Origin: a virus
Taxonomy: Duplodnaviria > Heunggongvirae > Uroviricota > Caudoviricetes
Reading direction: 5' to 3' (one strand)
IMG/VR virus record: IMGVR_UViG_2645727673_000001
DNA: 12,127 nt
Shown: positions 7,759-12,127 of the stretch, piece after piece
Position numbering within the stretch: the stretch's first letter is position 1
Layout: each line of letters begins with the position of its first letter
Program-made: the position numbers and the translations under genes
Notes under the pieces: generated by a model
What the model saw: only the letters and a program-made list of their open reading frames with translations
What the model was told of the DNA's origin: nothing
Databases searched by the model: none

Positions 7759-8034
7759 TTACTCAATAAAGATCATTGGCTTACCGTTAAAGCGTTCATG
7801 CCGTGTGACCGTCCATTGTTGTCCGTCATAAACAACGCGATCCCCGCGCCGTGGGCGGTATCCCGAAGAAAACACCACCAGAGATACCGCAGGTCCGGAC
7901 AGAGCATTCAGCTCTGCCAGTGTTTCTCCCGGGATCACAGTCATATCGACATCATTAATCGAGGCTGTCTTTCCCATCTTTCTGACCGTGATCGCATCCA
8001 TACGCGCTGCCAGCCGGGAAAAGGGATCAGACAT
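7759..8034 (-). CDS. Small head-tail joining protein occupying the lambda FII position (not lambda FII-like in sequence)
   Basis: 91-aa ORF with ATG start, tightly packed between the DUF2190-like gene and Z. Function assigned from position and size; the sequence does not resemble lambda FII as I recall it. I believe homologues are often annotated as head-tail joining protein, or misleadingly as ATP-binding sugar transporter-like protein. Confidence 0.6.
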   Translation of the reverse strand: MSDPFSRLAARMDAITVRKMGKTASINDVDMTVIPGETLAELNALSGPAVSLVVFSSGYRPRRGDRVVYDGQQWTVTRHERFNGKPMIFIE

Positions 8035-8350
8035 TGAGTTTTACCGGCACTTCTTCTGCACTGGTTCCGGCATCTGCCCAGACAACCCCGACCAGCGGAT
8101 CAGAGCCGCTGTTAGTCAGCTGAACTTTTCCGGACTTCAGATAAACCTTCTTACCCGTTTTCATGTCATCCGTTTTCAGCTTAGGCAGCATAAACACACC
8201 TTCGGTCAGGCCGTCGCCTGTTTCACCCTGTGGAATATCGGTCAGTGCCACCGCAAAAACATCACCCACCTGCACCAGATCTCCGCTGCTGATGGCTGCA
8301 CTGGCAACAATCGCCACCGTTTTTCCTTCTTCTACAAAATTCTTTGCCAT
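8027..8350 (-). CDS. DUF2190-like small head protein (putative decoration/cement protein)
   Basis: 107-aa product MAKNFVEEGKTVAIV...VQVGDVFAVAL...GETGDGLTEGVFMLPK...GKKVYL fits the pattern I associate with DUF2190 proteins encoded just after major capsid genes. GGAGA 5 nt upstream of the ATG at 8348-8350; the track start at 8395 lies inside the upstream terminator and is rejected. Confidence 0.6.
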   Translation of the reverse strand: MAKNFVEEGKTVAIVASAAISSGDLVQVGDVFAVALTDIPQGETGDGLTEGVFMLPKLKTDDMKTGKKVYLKSGKVQLTNSGSDPLVGVVWADAGTSAEEVPVKLNV

Positions 8351-8363
8351 AACTGTCTCCGCA

Positions 8364-8382
8364 CAGCCCCGTTCAGGGGCTG
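8364..8382 (-). other. Stable hairpin upstream of the DUF2190-like gene start (possible RNA stability/processing or pause element)
   Basis: Perfect 7-bp inverted repeat CAGCCCC / GGGGCTG with a 5-nt loop, 13 nt upstream of the start codon, with no following U-tract. Confidence 0.3.
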
Positions 8383-8393
8383 ATTTCAGGTAC

Positions 8394-8413
8394 AAAAAAA
8401 GCCCTTACGGGCC
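8394..8413 (-). terminator. Terminator-like hairpin just downstream of the capsid gene
   Basis: Minus strand reads GGCCCGTAAGGGCT followed by TTTTTTT (plus-strand A-run 8394-8400). Short GC stem with a GTAA tetraloop, about 25 nt after the capsid stop codon at 8437-8439. Confidence 0.45.
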
Positions 8414-8436
8414 ATCAGAGTTGTTGTCTGCGACGT

Positions 8437-10467
8437 TTACGCCGTACATTTCACCAGACCGCGGTGATCAACTGGCGCGACACCGGCGTCAATACGCACT
8501 TTCGTTGTCACGCCATCCACACTGAAGCCCTCCATCTGATCAATATATGGCGTATCCACACCGTTGAGATAAGCCACTTCAATAGTATCGGAGCCTTTTG
8601 ACGCAGCCAGGTAGAAGGTGGTCTGGCTGTTATCATCAAGACGAGGCTCTGCAATAACGGTCGCAAAATCTTTCACCGGGTTAATAATACCGGCGTTAAT
8701 GTCAGCCCCCTTGACACTTGAGGAGCGAATGACCTGGTTAGCAACAGACTCCATCGCCGTCGGTACCAGTACGAACGCAGGACGAATATTCAGATGACGC
8801 TCCCCCTCTTTCTGAACGCGCATCAACTGGCGGGCTTTATCCAGCGATGCCACGTCCATTGCAGCGCTCTCCAGTACGTTTGCATGTTTTGCTTTATCGA
8901 ACAGACTTACATTATCTGTGGAGATTTTCGGGTTAGACGTCAGAATGGCATAAACCAGATCGGCAATAGTGGATTTCGCCGCACGGCCCAGTTTCATCGG
9001 GACATCGGTCAGCATATTCAGATCATCATTGATAATGGCCTGACGGGTGATACTGAACAGCTCGCCATAGGTCGCCAGTGCAATAGTGGCCTGTTTATCT
9101 CCGGTGGTGACGTATTTATATTCCGCCCCTTCACGCACCTGACGCAGAGCACTGAAGCCCCCCATACCCACACGATGGGCAATTTTAAAATCAGACAACT
9201 GACCTTTCCGCGTCCACTGTTCATAGGTTTCAGGGGCATCTTCCCAGCCCTGCAGAATGGCTTTGTTCGCAACATCCAGCAGAATATTACCGAAGTCAGA
9301 CGTACTGTGTGTGAACGCCGCACCGACCATCTGCATCGGGTTATAACTGGAAACCCCAATACCCCGTTCAGTCAGTGACATACGGGCATATTCACGCAGG
9401 GTCATCCCGTTGTAGACATTATCACGTTCGGTTTTTTCAAATCCGGCACGCGCCATCAGCGCCTGGCGGATCCCGTCCCCCACAAAATTACCGTTACCGG
9501 CATAAATATGAGCCGGGGTATTTTTATTGGATGGCGTGGACTCGCGCCCCATCTCGTTCAACAGCTTTTCGCGGGCCTGCTCCAGCGAACATTCAGGATC
9601 GGCAAGACACTGAGCCTGCAGCGTCTGATAACGCCCGCCAAACATGGCAAACAGATCATTAATACCGTTTACACGCGCTTTTTGCTCTGCCAGTACCTGC
9701 GCACGGATACTGTTTTCATCCACCACGGGTGCTGCTGCCTGCACTGGCGTCCGGGAGGCTGCAGGTTCATCATCCTGTACGCGTGGAGCACTGTTGCGTG
9801 GCGGAGTAATCATGTTTCGAATGGATTCCGGCATCTTTTTAAATTCCTCTGTACGTTTTGACTGAATACATGCCATTGCCTTAACGGCTGGCGTCACCTG
9901 ATCAGCAAATCCCTGTGCCAGACATTCGGCACCGGACATCCAGGTCTCATCCGCCAGCATGGCAGCAATTTCATCGGTGGTTTTCCCGGTTTTCTGTGCA
10001 TAAGCGGGTAACAGAACCGCCGCCTCAACTTTATCGAGCAGGTCGGCATAGGTGCGCATGTCCTCCGCATCACCGCCCGTAAAGCCAAATGGTTTATGAA
10101 TCATCATGAAGGAGTTTTCCGGCATAATGACCGGGTTTCCCACCATCGCAATGACCGACGCCATTGACGCCGCCACACCGTCGACATAAACGGTAATGGA
10201 CGCACCATGTGTTTTCAGTGCATTAAAAATGGCGATGCCTTCAAAGACATCGCCACCCGGTGAATTAATATGGAGATTAATGTGGGTGATATCGCCCAGT
10301 GCATTCAGATCACTGATAAACTGCTTCGCCGTAACACCCCAGAAACCAATCTCGTCATAAATATAAATATCCGCGTCACTCTGGTGACCTGCCTGCATCC
10401 TGAACCAGGAATTATTCTTCGGACTGGTCGTCGGTGTACTGCGGCTACTGTCGTTTCGTTGCGGCAC
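8437..10467 (-). CDS. Prohead protease (ClpP/S14-type) fused in one ORF to the major capsid protein
   Basis: The N-terminal region carries ClpP signature motifs INSPGG, GVAASMAS (catalytic Ser) and MMIHKPFG (catalytic His), close to E. coli ClpP INSPGG / QAASMGA / MIHQPLGG. A linker follows, then about 400 aa that I interpret as an HK97-fold major capsid domain from position and size. Start proposed at the GTG at 10465-10467, with AAAGGAGG 5 nt upstream, overlapping the portal 3' end by 23 nt. Alternatives are the ATG at 10398 (weak ribosome-binding site, would remove the conserved SWF segment) and the TTG at 10659. Confidence 0.85.
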   Translation of the reverse strand: MPQRNDSSRSTPTTSPKNNSWFRMQAGHQSDADIYIYDEIGFWGVTAKQFISDLNALGDITHINLHINSPGGDVFEGIAIFNALKTHGASITVYVDGVAASMASVIAMVGNPVIMPENSFMMIHKPFGFTGGDAEDMRTYADLLDKVEAAVLLPAYAQKTGKTTDEIAAMLADETWMSGAECLAQGFADQVTPAVKAMACIQSKRTEEFKKMPESIRNMITPPRNSAPRVQDDEPAASRTPVQAAAPVVDENSIRAQVLAEQKARVNGINDLFAMFGGRYQTLQAQCLADPECSLEQAREKLLNEMGRESTPSNKNTPAHIYAGNGNFVGDGIRQALMARAGFEKTERDNVYNGMTLREYARMSLTERGIGVSSYNPMQMVGAAFTHSTSDFGNILLDVANKAILQGWEDAPETYEQWTRKGQLSDFKIAHRVGMGGFSALRQVREGAEYKYVTTGDKQATIALATYGELFSITRQAIINDDLNMLTDVPMKLGRAAKSTIADLVYAILTSNPKISTDNVSLFDKAKHANVLESAAMDVASLDKARQLMRVQKEGERHLNIRPAFVLVPTAMESVANQVIRSSSVKGADINAGIINPVKDFATVIAEPRLDDNSQTTFYLAASKGSDTIEVAYLNGVDTPYIDQMEGFSVDGVTTKVRIDAGVAPVDHRGLVKCTA

Positions 10468-11920
10468 TGCTGCCTCCTTTATCACTGGCCGGATCGGTAT
10501 CAAATACCAGGTCCAGCTTGCGGTTTTCATCAATTTCGGCCTTGCGCCGACGTTTGACATCATCCGGATTACGACCACCTGCACGTACCCAGTCTGATTC
10601 TGTCGCCGCTCCACCACGAATCTGGATTTTCCAGGCCTCAGCCTCCTTAACAGGGTCAATCCACGGCATCACCGGTCCGGAATACACCGCGGTATACAGT
10701 GAAGAACGGTCAAGATCGCGGGGTAGCCTGATAACACCGGATGCCACAGCCTGTTTCAGCCAGGCACGATACATCGGGCGGGTGACGGCACCAATAAACC
10801 AGTCCTGCAGGATCAGGTAGCCATCAGTGGATTCAACCAGCTCCTGACGCTGGGCGCTGTAAGTGCCGTTATAGTTGCGCGCTGTACTGGAAAAACTCAG
10901 ACGACTGCCCGCCGCCACGGCACGCAACTGAGCATTACGAAAAGTTTCAAGGTTAGGATTTGGGCGATCCGACTTCACCATTCCGATTTCTTCGCCGGGT
11001 TTCAGATCGTCGTAAATAATGCCTGGCTGAATGGTAAGCTCGCGTTCATTCTCCTTGCTGTCATTACCATCCGTTTCATAGCTCTGTCCGTCGCCTTTGC
11101 GGATGTACATCCCCAGAGCAGCGGCGACCCTTGCTGCAGTCAGCTCAGAATCTTCATACTCTTTCAGGGCGCTGAGGCGGATCAGCACACCGGACAATAA
11201 AGACGTCCCGCGCATCTGGTGCAGACGGCGAACAAATTTAAGATGCAGCATTCGCTCTGCATCCACTTCTTTGGTTTCCATCTGCCGTCCGGATACAGGA
11301 CGACTTTTATACACCAGATATTTTTCGGGACGCCCCCAGTCATCAACAAACACGCCCTGATTCAGCCTGTTGCTCTCATCACTGGTCATGGGAATAAAGT
11401 CCGGCTCGAGCGCCTCCAGCCAGAAATGAACACCGGCAGAAGGCGTCAGGCTGTTTATGCGCCCGGAAACCATCTGGGCAAACACCTCACCATCGCGCAG
11501 CCAGGTACGCAGCATCAGACGTTCCAGCATCGGACGGGTAAACTGCCCGGTGACCTCCGGACTGACAGACCATTCACTCCATCGGGTACGTATCTCCGCT
11601 GCCAGATCACGGGCAATGGCCCCATTGCGTAATACCGGATGTGGCTCGACAATAATCCCGTTTTTCCCCACCACCCGTTCTTCCAGCTTGTCAAATACAC
11701 CAATGACCAGATCGTGGTTGTTATCAAGGTAACGGGCCTGCTCACGTAACGACACGGCCCCGTACTGGCTTAACTGGTCGGCAGTTCGGTTCTCCCGTCG
11801 GGCTTTGTGTGTCCGCGTCGTTTTTACGGCCTCATAAGCCTGGATCACCGCACGGGAACGCAGCCTTGCCGCTTTCCATCCTGGTGAAAAAACGCCAATC
11901 ACATCATCAAGAATTGCCAT
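10445..11920 (-). CDS. Portal protein
   Basis: 491-aa ORF from MAILDDVIG, immediately after the gpW-like gene and before the protease/capsid gene. Its ATG overlaps the W-like stop (TGATG), with GAGG 5 nt upstream. Size and position are typical of a portal; family (lambda B-type versus other) not resolved by eye. Confidence 0.85.
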   Translation of the reverse strand: MAILDDVIGVFSPGWKAARLRSRAVIQAYEAVKTTRTHKARRENRTADQLSQYGAVSLREQARYLDNNHDLVIGVFDKLEERVVGKNGIIVEPHPVLRNGAIARDLAAEIRTRWSEWSVSPEVTGQFTRPMLERLMLRTWLRDGEVFAQMVSGRINSLTPSAGVHFWLEALEPDFIPMTSDESNRLNQGVFVDDWGRPEKYLVYKSRPVSGRQMETKEVDAERMLHLKFVRRLHQMRGTSLLSGVLIRLSALKEYEDSELTAARVAAALGMYIRKGDGQSYETDGNDSKENERELTIQPGIIYDDLKPGEEIGMVKSDRPNPNLETFRNAQLRAVAAGSRLSFSSTARNYNGTYSAQRQELVESTDGYLILQDWFIGAVTRPMYRAWLKQAVASGVIRLPRDLDRSSLYTAVYSGPVMPWIDPVKEAEAWKIQIRGGAATESDWVRAGGRNPDDVKRRRKAEIDENRKLDLVFDTDPASDKGGSSAATKRQ

Positions 11921-12108
11921 CAGAACCTCGCCAGCCGGTACCCGGGATGCCCACGTCGTCGTGTAATCAGAGCCGCAAGGCGGCGCTCCCACTCCTGCCG
12001 CCCCTGCCGGATCTCAGATAAGTTTTCCATGGTCATCTGCTGACCATTAAAAGTGACGGATTTTCCGTCCAGCACCGCCATTTCAGCTTCCGTATAACGC
12101 TGAATCAT
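11920..12108 (-). CDS. W: gpW-like head-tail connector protein (true start may lie at or beyond the right edge of the window)
   Basis: C-terminus ITRRRGHPGYRLARF resembles lambda gpW ...TQRRRGPAGFYV, and size and position before the portal match. The reading frame stays open upstream of the ATG at 12106-12108 to the window edge, and alignment with lambda W suggests a few more N-terminal residues. Confidence 0.7.
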   Translation of the reverse strand: MIQRYTEAEMAVLDGKSVTFNGQQMTMENLSEIRQGRQEWERRLAALITRRRGHPGYRLARF

Positions 12109-12127
12109 GGCTTCAATATCATTCTGA

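Noticed and set aside
8351-8395. Upstream start (8395) for the DUF2190-like ORF
   Set aside because: That start sits inside the hairpin and T-tract region after the capsid gene; the ATG at 8350 has a GGAGA ribosome-binding site and matches the expected N-terminus.
1-12127. Search for CRISPR repeats, tRNA or rRNA genes, IS elements, integrase, attachment sites, chi sites or inserted cargo/defence genes
   Set aside because: The whole window is filled by contiguous, mostly overlapping structural genes on one strand with no intergenic gap longer than about 60 nt. I saw no repeat-spacer array or tRNA-like structure, and no exact GCTGGTGG on a non-exhaustive scan by eye.

Overview
This window is the late morphogenetic operon of a lambdoid (phage lambda-like) phage or prophage from an enterobacterium, read in reverse: every gene I can support lies on the minus strand. 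Gene order from high to low coordinates is W-like connector, portal, a single-ORF ClpP-type protease/major capsid fusion, DUF2190-like head protein, small head-tail joining protein, then Z, U, a short V, G and G-T, tape measure H, M, L, K, I and the first 59 codons of J. Protein identifications rest on my recall of lambda protein sequences and on motifs read directly from the translations; no database search was run. The tail genes are close to lambda, while the head genes are not lambda C/Nu3/D/E-like. I found no tRNA, rRNA, CRISPR array, IS element, integrase, attachment site or inserted cargo gene, and no evidence of a novel defence or accessory system; the plus-strand ORFs in the track are antisense shadows. 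The points most worth a second look are a truncated major tail protein V followed by a terminator-like hairpin, the protease-capsid fusion with a probable GTG start, a variant G-T frameshift heptamer, and terminator-like hairpins inside the operon.
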